From an uncultured cyanobacterium (GTDB lineage: Bacteria; Cyanobacteriota; Cyanobacteriia; PCC-9006; JAAUQQ01), in assembly GCA_963718615.1 (NCBI GenBank), contig OY970368.1, positions 1,536,001 to 1,600,000 on the forward strand: 64,000 nt of DNA, given 5' to 3'. Numbering within the stretch: the first letter of the stretch is position 1; every line of letters begins with the position of its first letter. A program made the position numbers and the translations under genes. Below, one piece after another: positions 32,754-42,027 of this stretch. Under the pieces are notes generated by a model. That model ran no database searches. It was not told where the DNA came from and worked only from the letters and a program-made list of their open reading frames with translations.

Positions 32754-35279
32754 ATGCGCGCAGTACTGATGGCCGGGGGCTCCGGAACCAGGCTTCGGCC
32801 CCTGACCTATGACCTGCCCAAACCCATGGTCCCGATTCTCAACCGACCCATTGCCCACCATATTGTCAATTTACTCAGACGTCACCAGATTACCGAAATC
32901 ATTACCACGCTACATTTTCTGCCGGGGGTAATGCAGGACTATTTTCAGAATGGTCAGGACTTTGGCGTGCAGATGACCTATGAGGTGGAGGAAGACCAAC
33001 CCCTAGGAACGGCGGGCTGTGTCAAAAACTGCGCGGAGCTGTTGACTGATACGTTTGTGGTGATTAGTGGGGATAGTTTGACGGATTTTGATCTGACGGA
33101 GGCGATCGCCTTCCATCGTGCCAAGGGAGCCAAAGCCACGCTCATCCTCACCCGAGTCCCGAACCCCGTTGAGTTTGGCGTTGTCATCACCGATGCCGAG
33201 CATCGCATCCTGCGCTTTCTTGAAAAACCCTCCACCAGCGAAGTCTTCTCCGACACCGTCAACACCGGAGTTTATATTCTCGAACCGGAGGTGCTGGACT
33301 ATCTGCCGGAGGGCCGAGAGTCAGACTTCTCCAAGGACCTATTCCCGATGTTGCTGGGGCGAGGGGAGCCGATCTATGGCTACATCGCCGATGGCTATTG
33401 GTGCGATATCGGCCATCTCGAAGCCTATCGCCGCGCCCACTACGACTGTTTGACCGGTGCCGTCAAGCTCGAAAGCGGGTACCATCAGCAACGCGAAGGG
33501 CTATGGGTCGGCGCGAATACCTACATTGATGAAACGGCTCGGATTGAAACGCCGGTTTTGATTGGCGAGAACTGCCGGGTCGGGCCTCGGGTCCAGATTA
33601 GCGCCAACACCATCATTGGCGATAACGTCACCATTGGAGCCGATGCAATTTTGTCGCGCCCGGTGATTTGGAATGGTGTTTATATTGGCGAAGAAGTCAC
33701 GCTAGAGGCTTGCACGATCGCCCGAGGGGTCAGAATCGAACGACGAGCCCATATTTTAGAAGGTGTTGTTGTGGGGTCCTTATCAACCGTGGGTGAAGAA
33801 GCGCAAATTAGCCCCCATGTGCGGGTGTGGCCAAGCAAGCGGGTGGAGTCTGGGGCAACCCTCAATATCAATTTGATTTGGGGCCATACGGCCTATCGCA
33901 ATCTCTTCAGCCAGCGTGGGGTTTCGGGTCTGGCGAATATCGACATTACGCCGGAATTTGCAGTCAAGCTGGGGGCGGCCTTTGGGTCAACGTTGCCCCT
34001 AGGGTCCCAGGTCGCAGTCTCGCGGGACCAGCGCAGCATTGCGCGGATGCTATCGCGCGCCTTTATTTCCGGTCTCATGTCCGTGGGGATTCATGTCCAA
34101 GATCTGCGGGCCACAGCCATTCCCATTGCCCGCACCCTTGTGCCCACCCTAGGCGTCGAAGGGGGCGTACATATTCGGATTCACCCCGGTCGCCCGGACC
34201 ACATTCTGATTGAGTTTTTTGATGCCAAGGGGGTCAATCTCTCCAAGTCCCGCGAGAAAAAAATTGAAGGCACGTTTTTCAAGGAAGACCTCCGACGGGT
34301 TCAGGCCCATGAAATTGGCGATATTGTCTCCTCGGGGCAAATCATTGAAATCTACAGCCACGCCTTTGAGAAAAACCTCAATACCGCTGCTATCCGGTCC
34401 AGTCGTGCCAAGGTGGTGATTGACTATGCTTACTCGGTCTCAGGGGCAGTTTTGCCTCGACTCCTGGCCAAGTTTGGCGGCGATGCGGTGGTGCTCAATG
34501 CCAGTCTGCAACTATCGGTGCTTTCGGAAGCGGAACGGGAGGGCTTGCTGATTCAGTTGGGTCATGTGGTGGAAGCTCTGCGGGCACACTTTGGCGTGCA
34601 GGTGTCGGCCAATGGGGAACAGTTGATTCTTGTGGATGAGGCCGGAATTCCCATTCGGGGTGAGCAGTTGACTGCGCTCATGGTTCATACTATTTTGACT
34701 GCCCGTCCCCGTGGAACGGTGGTGGTACCGGTGAATGCGTCGAGTGCCATCGAGCAAATTGCCCGTCGCCACGATGGCCATGTGGTTCGGACTAAAGCCA
34801 ATCCGACGGCCCTCATGGAAGCCTGTTTGGCCCATACCAATGTGGTGATGGGCGGCAGTGGCGAAATGGGATTTATTTTTCCACAGCTCCATCCGGGGTT
34901 TGACTCGATGTTTTGCATTGCCAAGCTCATGGAAATGCTGACGATTCAAGAGCGCTCCCTGGGGCAAATTCGCACCGAGTTGCCGAATATGTTCCACCGT
35001 CGCTATACGATTCGCTGTCCCTGGAACGATAAGGGGCGATTGATGCGCTATTTGATTGAGATTAATCCGGCGGAATGCGTAGAGCTGATTGATGGGGTGA
35101 AAATTTGGGATTATCCTCACGATCGCTGGGTGTTGATTTTGCCGGATGCGGGTGAGCCCTTGGTGCATATTTATGCAGATGGTGAGGACCGGGAATGGGT
35201 TGACCGCAGTTTACAAAACTACCGCGAACGCATTCAAAACTTCGTGGACCAGACCCATGAAGTCGGGGGCGCGGTGTAG
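32754..35279 (+). CDS. Mannose-1-phosphate guanylyltransferase fused to LbH and phosphomannomutase-like domains
   Basis: MAGGSGTRLRPLT, PKPMVP, EKP, WCDIG, hexapeptide repeats, PGM/PMM-like C-terminal half. Confidence 0.9.
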   Translation: MRAVLMAGGSGTRLRPLTYDLPKPMVPILNRPIAHHIVNLLRRHQITEIITTLHFLPGVMQDYFQNGQDFGVQMTYEVEEDQPLGTAGCVKNCAELLTDTFVVISGDSLTDFDLTEAIAFHRAKGAKATLILTRVPNPVEFGVVITDAEHRILRFLEKPSTSEVFSDTVNTGVYILEPEVLDYLPEGRESDFSKDLFPMLLGRGEPIYGYIADGYWCDIGHLEAYRRAHYDCLTGAVKLESGYHQQREGLWVGANTYIDETARIETPVLIGENCRVGPRVQISANTIIGDNVTIGADAILSRPVIWNGVYIGEEVTLEACTIARGVRIERRAHILEGVVVGSLSTVGEEAQISPHVRVWPSKRVESGATLNINLIWGHTAYRNLFSQRGVSGLANIDITPEFAVKLGAAFGSTLPLGSQVAVSRDQRSIARMLSRAFISGLMSVGIHVQDLRATAIPIARTLVPTLGVEGGVHIRIHPGRPDHILIEFFDAKGVNLSKSREKKIEGTFFKEDLRRVQAHEIGDIVSSGQIIEIYSHAFEKNLNTAAIRSSRAKVVIDYAYSVSGAVLPRLLAKFGGDAVVLNASLQLSVLSEAEREGLLIQLGHVVEALRAHFGVQVSANGEQLILVDEAGIPIRGEQLTALMVHTILTARPRGTVVVPVNASSAIEQIARRHDGHVVRTKANPTALMEACLAHTNVVMGGSGEMGFIFPQLHPGFDSMFCIAKLMEMLTIQERSLGQIRTELPNMFHRRYTIRCPWNDKGRLMRYLIEINPAECVELIDGVKIWDYPHDRWVLILPDAGEPLVHIYADGEDREWVDRSLQNYRERIQNFVDQTHEVGGAV

Positions 35280-35328
35280 GATCGAGGCAGAGACAAACGA
35301 GATTCGTGGGAAAAAGGACGAAGGCGCG

Positions 35329-35757
35329 ATGAATCAATGCATTCTCATGGCTGAGGTTGTACAGGCCCCTCAACTTCGCTATACCCAAGATAATCAAACG
35401 GCAGTGGCCGAGTTGATGATTCAATTTCCGGGGCTGCGGCCTGAGGACCCAGCGACGACGATGAAGGCGGTGGGCTGGGGCAATTTGGCGCAGGAAATCC
35501 AGGAACGCTGTCAGATGGGCGATCGCTTCGTGTTCGAAGGTCGGCTGCGCATGAGCACGGTGGATCGGCCCGAGGGCTTTAAGGAAAAACAGGCGGAACT
35601 GACGATTAGCAAGGTTTATTCCCTCAGTGGCGAAGACCCCGTGGCCCGCCCAGCCAGTGCTCCTGGTCCAGCGGTGGCAACAACAAGCAGTCGACCCGCC
35701 CCTAAACCAGCGGCTCCCTCGGCTCCGGAACCGGATTATGACGATATTCCGTTTTAG
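35329..35757 (+). CDS. ssb: Single-stranded DNA-binding protein
   Basis: MNQCILMAEV...PQLRYT...EGRL; acidic tail DDIPF. Confidence 0.92.
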   Translation: MNQCILMAEVVQAPQLRYTQDNQTAVAELMIQFPGLRPEDPATTMKAVGWGNLAQEIQERCQMGDRFVFEGRLRMSTVDRPEGFKEKQAELTISKVYSLSGEDPVARPASAPGPAVATTSSRPAPKPAAPSAPEPDYDDIPF

Positions 35758-36605
35758 AGTCGGGCCAAACCCACACCGACGAGGGCAAGGAAAACCAGGC
35801 CCATTATCCCTGCGAGCAAATAGCCGCCCATTCCCGTAACCCAGGCCGGAACCTTGCCCGTGGGTTGGATGGCTTGGAGGGTATCGAGACTGGCGATCGC
35901 CCAAACCCATCCCCCATGGAGACCGATCGCCAGACCCAAATTCCCTTGTCTGGCATAGGCCAAGGACAACACCATCCCCAAGAGCCACAGCCCTGGGAGC
36001 TGGGGGACCACATTTTGCCAACGGTCCCAGGGAAAATGGAGTAGGGCAAACAGGAGGTTGGCGATCGCCACGATTCCCCATCCCCCTAACGATCCAATCT
36101 CACCCAGAGATCCAATCCCAAAATAGCTGAACAAGGCTGGCAAACTCACGGGAACGAATCCACGAAAAACAATCTCCTCAACTCCACTGATGAAGAGGGC
36201 GATCGCCAAAACGAGAGGAGCCGTTTTGAGCAGTTGATCCGGGTCAAGGGTGAAGGTAATCCAGCCTAGGGACCATGCCAGCCCCCACAGCAAAGCCAGA
36301 CTGAGCAGTGCCAAGCCCAGCCCCGTCAAAATTCCAAAGCCAAACGTCAAAGTCCAAGAGCTGCCGTAGTCAGACCAGGGGTGATGCCCAAAGCAGGTTA
36401 GGAGCCCCAGCAGCGGTAGTGCGAAAACGTAGAGCGAGAGAACGAGCGGAATCTTTTGTTCTGGCCTAGGCGGTTGGGGAAAAGCCCAACCCAGTCGATA
36501 TCCTAGCCAAATGCCCCAAGGTATCCAGAGGAGCAGCCAACTGAGAAAAAAGAAAACTAGACTGAACGGTTCGAGGCGATCGCCCATGTCCACCGCTTCT
36601 AGCAC
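35754..36605 (-). CDS. CPBP (CAAX/Abi) family intramembrane metalloprotease
   Basis: EEIVFRG, FALLH, HGGW motifs; multi-TM. Confidence 0.9.
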   Translation of the reverse strand: MLEAVDMGDRLEPFSLVFFFLSWLLLWIPWGIWLGYRLGWAFPQPPRPEQKIPLVLSLYVFALPLLGLLTCFGHHPWSDYGSSWTLTFGFGILTGLGLALLSLALLWGLAWSLGWITFTLDPDQLLKTAPLVLAIALFISGVEEIVFRGFVPVSLPALFSYFGIGSLGEIGSLGGWGIVAIANLLFALLHFPWDRWQNVVPQLPGLWLLGMVLSLAYARQGNLGLAIGLHGGWVWAIASLDTLQAIQPTGKVPAWVTGMGGYLLAGIMGLVFLALVGVGLARL

Positions 36606-36623
36606 GAGCCTCCAACACGGCCC

Positions 36624-36818
36624 CTAGGCAGCGGTTTCCATCCAGTCATAGATCTTTTCAAGTTGTTCGAGCGTAATCAGTCCATAGCGCCACAAAATCA
36701 TATGTAGCGGCCCTGGATCCTGTTCAGACTGCCTAAGCGCCATGGAAATTGACGCCGAGGACAGATCTAGCTCTTCTTGCAAAAATTCAATTAGTCGAGC
36801 ATAAGATGCAGATGCCAT
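36624..36818 (-). CDS. DUF2949 family protein
   Basis: FLQEEL...MILWRYGLITLEQLEKIYDW; AGGAGG RBS. Confidence 0.85.
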   Translation of the reverse strand: MASASYARLIEFLQEELDLSSASISMALRQSEQDPGPLHMILWRYGLITLEQLEKIYDWMETAA

Positions 36819-37213
36819 CTGTCCTCACCTCCTTTGGTTTGCTCCAGAAAATGATCAACAATGAATTGGGTTGGCCTATTTTAGCGGCCTTGGATTAGAT
36901 CTTGCATGAAGGTTAACTAGCTTAACCTCTGTCCGGGGAGAGGGGCTAGACCCTCTCTCCTGCTTCTTGCAATACAATGCAACACAAATATACAGAGACA
37001 ATCAACAGAGACAATCCAGCTTGTTCCTGAAAGATCACGCCTGAAAGATCGCCTCTCAAGAGTGCTCCCTTGACCTGAATTTGAGTGGGGGTCAGTTAAA
37101 CCTTGGCAGAGAATACACCCTAACGAGGTCGTATTACGCAAATTACGCAAAGATCAGGTCTAGATTTTGCCACAGAACTTGCAAGATATCGAAAGGTATC
37201 GCTCAAAACAGGA

Positions 37214-39742
37214 TTAGCCATGCTCAAGCAATAGGCCCTGACGCTCCTGCAAAACTAGGCCCCGTAAATCTTCTAGGGTTTTGAGTTCTAGGCCGGGAGA
37301 CGCGATCGCCAATCGCCACTCATCCAAATCGAGCTGAAGCCAATCAGCCAGAGCCGTTTGGGCCGGTTCCCCTCCCATGTGGGCTAAAAAGGCAACTTGC
37401 TTAAACTGAGCCGCTGCAATCGGGCTAGAGTGAGCCGGACTGGGTTGGGTGCGAACGCCATAGAACAACGTATGTCCAGCCTCGCTGATTCGGTTGAACC
37501 GATCCGTTGCCGAGAGATTTTGGCTCAGCCAGGGATTGTTTTTGCGGTACTGACGCAGGGCTAGGTTAAACCGGCTGCGATCGCCATCCACCGTCTCAAA
37601 ATAGTGAGAGACTCGACAAAACTCGTGCCCCTCCTCCATGAAGATACGGGCAAAGGTCTGGAGCGCAGCCGCATCCAAGGATAGAAAAAAGGATTGAACC
37701 TCTGGGCTAGCTTCAGCCAGAGCAGTTGTCCCCCAAGCTTGGCAGAATTGAGCCACTTGATCGAGGTCGTACTCTTGCTTCTCCATGGCGATCGCCAACT
37801 GCTGGCCAAAGGCTTTGAGTGCCGCCAAACTTTTGAAGCCTAACTGCTTGAGTTGGGGGAAAAACTCGGGGCGATCGTATAACGCTGGCGTCACTTGCCA
37901 ATCCCAAAAACCCAGCTCTTCCATCGCCACCTTCACGCCATACAGATCGTCCGTGTTGCGAAAAAAGCCCCAGCCGCTGTGCATCAGCGCATTCAAAAAG
38001 TCCATGGGGAGGCCAGGGCTAAAGCCATAGGTCCAGAGCGTTGTGGCGGGATTGTCATAGGCATTGTTAAGGACTTCTGGCAGGGTCTGACCCAGATTCC
38101 AATTAATGTCGGTATCAATGGGAATTTGATTGCCCCGGCGGACGGTGTCGTGGTTGGCGCAGCCGGTGATCCAGCGATCGCCCTGCATCATCACTTCACA
38201 AACCCGAGACCACTTATAATCCCAAAATCCCTTCAGCGTCGGCGTATTGTGAGCAAAAATTAGCGGTCCCCACTGAAAGGCATCGGGCCGCAGCTCAATT
38301 AAATCTCGGTAAGTAGAGGTCGTTTCCCAACCCTCCGCAGGCCAAGGTCGCCCATCTTCAAAAATCGTAAACAGCAACCGTTTATGGCCCTGAATCGTTT
38401 GCACCCCATCGCTCATCGCCAGCAAATAGGCATTGTCATATTCGATCCGTCCAGAAAGGGGGTTAAAAAAGCGAAAGTCCTGCCCCCCGTCAATGCGAAT
38501 GCCATCTACCCCTGTGTTGATTTTACGGCGCTGCATTTCTAAAAGTAAGGCCCGCACCATCGGTAAGGTGTGACAAATATCTTGGCCATACATATTGGGT
38601 CCCGCTAAAAACTGGCGACTCACCAACTCCAGCGCTTGATTATCCGCATGGCCATAGACCAAGTCATAAATCACCTGAATCGGTTGTCCCGGAAAAGTAT
38701 GCAGCGTCGCAATAAAGTCAATGACCTCATCGGGACGTAGGCTGCTGAGCAGTGCCGGATTGGTGGTAGAGCTGCCCAAAAGCGGCACATCGTAGCCCCA
38801 ATTTTGGGTATTGGGTCGTCGGAGCTGAATCGTCAGGGGATCGGGGATGCAGACAGGACCTTGGTGGGCGGAGAACTCGGTGGCGATCGCAAAAAAATCT
38901 GGACTGGCCGGTTCGTTTTCCGTTCGAGAGGAACGAAACTCAATGGTGGGCTCCGTCGGCAGCAGTTGAACTGCGTCATAGCCGATATAGTTCTGTTCGC
39001 TGGGACTGGGGGTCTCACCCCGCTCCAGCTTGGCCGCAATTTGGCGATATATCTCGGTCAGTCCTGCTAGCGTTCCAGCTTCAGAGGCAGTCGGCACATG
39101 AATTTGCAAAATACTGACCGGGGCTGACGCCCGAGGGAGAGCCGGTTCTAGGCCTGTTGCAGCGGGAATCACAGGCGGTTGCTCCGCCTGCTGAGCCAAA
39201 TAGGCCAAATCGGCTCGCTCGCGCTGCATGGCTTCAAAGTCATAGAGTTCTGCTGGAGCAAAGATCCCATAGGGTAAGGAATAGGGCACCATATCGCGCA
39301 CGGTGCGCCAAGCTCCATCCCCAGGATCTTGATACCGTAGCCAATACAGCGAGCCCAAGGTCTGCCGCTGCCCCACTTGCAGGCCTGCCACTACAGCCCA
39401 GACAAATTCCCATTGAACCGGCACAGGTACACAATCATAGCGAAATCGAAGAATCTGTTCCGAGGCCAGCCAATCTACGGGATCAAGGGGGGTAAAAACT
39501 TCCAGGTACACCTCTTGAGCCGTTGGCGTAATTTGTGCAGCCAGCTCTGGTACCCAAAAACCAAATTCAGTTAAACCATCGGGTCGAGGATGTGCTCCTA
39601 GTCGGTGGGACAGTTGCCGCCCAATTTCAAAATAGGGAATTCCAGAATCAGCAATTTTTGCGGCCCAATCGAGGAATTGATGGGTTTCGATAGTTTGAAG
39701 CTGGATTGCAGTGGAGGATTGTGTGAGGGTTTGATCGATCAT
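37214..39742 (-). CDS. gghA: Glucosylglycerol hydrolase
   Basis: NWGYD, YDLVYGHADNQ, GIRIDGGQDF, FEDGRPWP, CANHDT; divergent from ggpS. Confidence 0.88.
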   Translation of the reverse strand: MIDQTLTQSSTAIQLQTIETHQFLDWAAKIADSGIPYFEIGRQLSHRLGAHPRPDGLTEFGFWVPELAAQITPTAQEVYLEVFTPLDPVDWLASEQILRFRYDCVPVPVQWEFVWAVVAGLQVGQRQTLGSLYWLRYQDPGDGAWRTVRDMVPYSLPYGIFAPAELYDFEAMQRERADLAYLAQQAEQPPVIPAATGLEPALPRASAPVSILQIHVPTASEAGTLAGLTEIYRQIAAKLERGETPSPSEQNYIGYDAVQLLPTEPTIEFRSSRTENEPASPDFFAIATEFSAHQGPVCIPDPLTIQLRRPNTQNWGYDVPLLGSSTTNPALLSSLRPDEVIDFIATLHTFPGQPIQVIYDLVYGHADNQALELVSRQFLAGPNMYGQDICHTLPMVRALLLEMQRRKINTGVDGIRIDGGQDFRFFNPLSGRIEYDNAYLLAMSDGVQTIQGHKRLLFTIFEDGRPWPAEGWETTSTYRDLIELRPDAFQWGPLIFAHNTPTLKGFWDYKWSRVCEVMMQGDRWITGCANHDTVRRGNQIPIDTDINWNLGQTLPEVLNNAYDNPATTLWTYGFSPGLPMDFLNALMHSGWGFFRNTDDLYGVKVAMEELGFWDWQVTPALYDRPEFFPQLKQLGFKSLAALKAFGQQLAIAMEKQEYDLDQVAQFCQAWGTTALAEASPEVQSFFLSLDAAALQTFARIFMEEGHEFCRVSHYFETVDGDRSRFNLALRQYRKNNPWLSQNLSATDRFNRISEAGHTLFYGVRTQPSPAHSSPIAAAQFKQVAFLAHMGGEPAQTALADWLQLDLDEWRLAIASPGLELKTLEDLRGLVLQERQGLLLEHG

Positions 39743-40385
39743 TCCTAGGAGGTTGAATTCTGTATTCTCTGCTTGGTAAGCATTGCAAGGTAGAAGCTGC
39801 AAAGCCAAGCTGGACTGATCGCAGAGGGCTCAATTTGCCTATTTTCGCTCATACAACTCTGAGAATGATTGATGGTCTGGTGAGAACTTGGATGGGCGAT
39901 TGAGCCTCGAACTTGCAATCACTTAGTCTTAGTTTAGAAGTTATCGCATTTCAAACGATTGAGCTTAATTGCCCACAGGATGTTACAATCTGCACGGACA
40001 ATGCTGTTTCCTACACCAGTCCCTTTGTCTGATGCCTTTAAATTCCCATTTTGCCTTGCAGCTGGGTCAGATAGGCTTTGAACGAAGTTACTGTTGTAGC
40101 TCAGTTGTGCCAAAGTCGTGACAGGGATGAATCGGCAATAAAATTTGATTTTCAATCTGATTTTGTAATCCGTTTGTGATCCATGGCTACTGCTTCTGGG
40201 AGCCCATGGATAGTCTGTCTGAGCGTTAGATTTAGGTCAAGCCTAGAAGTGATCTAGGCAAGGTTTTGTGTTGTCTAATTTGCGTTTAATTTCGGTCAAG
40301 CGAGGGGCTGGAGTGGTCGCCTATGGCAGCGATCGCCACTGTCTTCTTGTACCGTTTTAAGCTCAACTCTAAGAGGAAACTGCTG

Positions 40386-41921
40386 ATGAAATCCACGTTA
40401 TCTTCGCTGGTTATTCTCTACCATCGTGAACCCTATGATGAGGTGGTAGAGGATGGAAAAACCTACTATCGCGAGAAGAAAAGCCCCAACGGAATTTTAC
40501 CAACGCTCAAAAGCTTCTTCTCAAATGCGCAGCAAAGTACCTGGATTGCCTGGAAGCAGGTGAACCCAAAAGAGAGCACGGCATTTCAAGCTCGCATGAC
40601 CTTTGACGGCAATCCTAATGGCCTAGTGCGGCGCATTCCCCTGGATGCCGAACAGGTCAAAAATTTCTATCACATCACGTCAAAAGAAGCCTTCTGGCCG
40701 ATTCTACACTCGTTCCCCTGGCAGTTTACCTACGATTCTTCCGATTGGGAAAACTTTCGGCAAATTAATCAACAGTTTGCAGAGGCCGCTTGCGAAGACG
40801 CCGCAGACGATGCCCTCATTTGGATCCACGACTACAATCTTTGGCTTGCGCCCTACTATATTCGGCAGCAGCGACCCAACGCCAAAATTGTCTTTTTCCA
40901 TCACACACCATTTCCATCAGCCGATATTTTCAATATCCTCCCCTGGAGAGAAGCCATTGTAGACAGTTTGTTGTGCTGCGATGTTTGTGGATTTCATATT
41001 CCTCGCTATGTGGAGAATTTTGTCGGGGTCGCTCGTAGTTTACGAGACATTGAAATCCTGCGACGGGAACCTGTGCCTTCTGTATTTACGCCCAGCGGAA
41101 CGGCGCTAGCAGAACCTGAAATGACCACTCATATTCGCTACAAAGCTCAGACGGTTCATCTAAATGCCTTTCCTGTAGGAACAAATCCGGCGCAATTGCG
41201 GGCGATCGTTGAACGGCCTGAGGTCCAGCAGCGAGCGGTAGAGATTAAAGCGGAAATGAGTAATTCCGCTGAACAATCTCCGCGCGATCGCAAACTGATT
41301 GTCTCCGCCGGTCGGGTGGACTATGTGAAAGGTACCAAGGAAATGTTGCTTTGCTATGAACGGTTGCTCGATCGTCAACCTGAACTGCAGGGCAAAATTA
41401 ATCTTGTGGTAGCAGTCGCGAAGCCTGCGACGGGAATGCGGGTTTATCACACCGCTCAAAGCGAAATTGAACAATTGGTGGGCAAAATTAATGGCCGCTT
41501 TGCCAAGCTGGACTGGAGGCCGATTGTCTTGTTTACCTCAGCCCTGCCCCAAGAAGAAATTTTGGCGCTCTACAAGGCTGCGGACATTGCCTGGATTACG
41601 CCGCTGCGGGATGGGCTAAACCTCGTCGCGAAAGAATATGTGGTGGCCAAGGGCGGCAAAGCTGGAGTCTTAGTCTTCTCTGAATTTGCGGGGGCGGCGG
41701 TGGAGTTGCCTGATGCGATTTTGACCAATCCCTATGCGGATAGCAAGATGGATGCGGCGATTGATCAAGCCTTAGCGATGGACCCGCAGGAACAACAGGA
41801 GCGCATGGGCCGGATGTATGCAGCGATTCAGGCTTACGATGTCGATCGCTGGGCGCAAGAGTTACTCGGGGCCGTCAAGTCAACCCAGACAATCCGTCAG
41901 GAAGCACTGGCCGCAGTCTAG
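40386..41921 (+). CDS. ggpS: Glucosylglycerol-phosphate synthase (GT20)
   Basis: ILYHREPYDE, KSPNGILPTL, WIHDYNLW, GRVDYVKG, DGLNLVAKEY. Confidence 0.93.
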   Translation: MKSTLSSLVILYHREPYDEVVEDGKTYYREKKSPNGILPTLKSFFSNAQQSTWIAWKQVNPKESTAFQARMTFDGNPNGLVRRIPLDAEQVKNFYHITSKEAFWPILHSFPWQFTYDSSDWENFRQINQQFAEAACEDAADDALIWIHDYNLWLAPYYIRQQRPNAKIVFFHHTPFPSADIFNILPWREAIVDSLLCCDVCGFHIPRYVENFVGVARSLRDIEILRREPVPSVFTPSGTALAEPEMTTHIRYKAQTVHLNAFPVGTNPAQLRAIVERPEVQQRAVEIKAEMSNSAEQSPRDRKLIVSAGRVDYVKGTKEMLLCYERLLDRQPELQGKINLVVAVAKPATGMRVYHTAQSEIEQLVGKINGRFAKLDWRPIVLFTSALPQEEILALYKAADIAWITPLRDGLNLVAKEYVVAKGGKAGVLVFSEFAGAAVELPDAILTNPYADSKMDAAIDQALAMDPQEQQERMGRMYAAIQAYDVDRWAQELLGAVKSTQTIRQEALAAV

Positions 41922-42027
41922 GTTTTCGCTTAGGGTGTGAAAGCGTCGGTTGGGGTTTGTTGGGGTTTACTGTACTTGACCCGACCTACGGATAATTTCG
42001 ATCTTGGCGTTATACCTGCAATTTTCC

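Noticed and set aside
35754-36605. Abortive-infection defence gene
   Set aside because: CPBP/'Abi' proteases are common membrane proteases, and the context here is housekeeping.
39934-40155. ggpR-like regulator ORF
   Set aside because: Opposite strand to ggpS, TTG start and no recognisable similarity.
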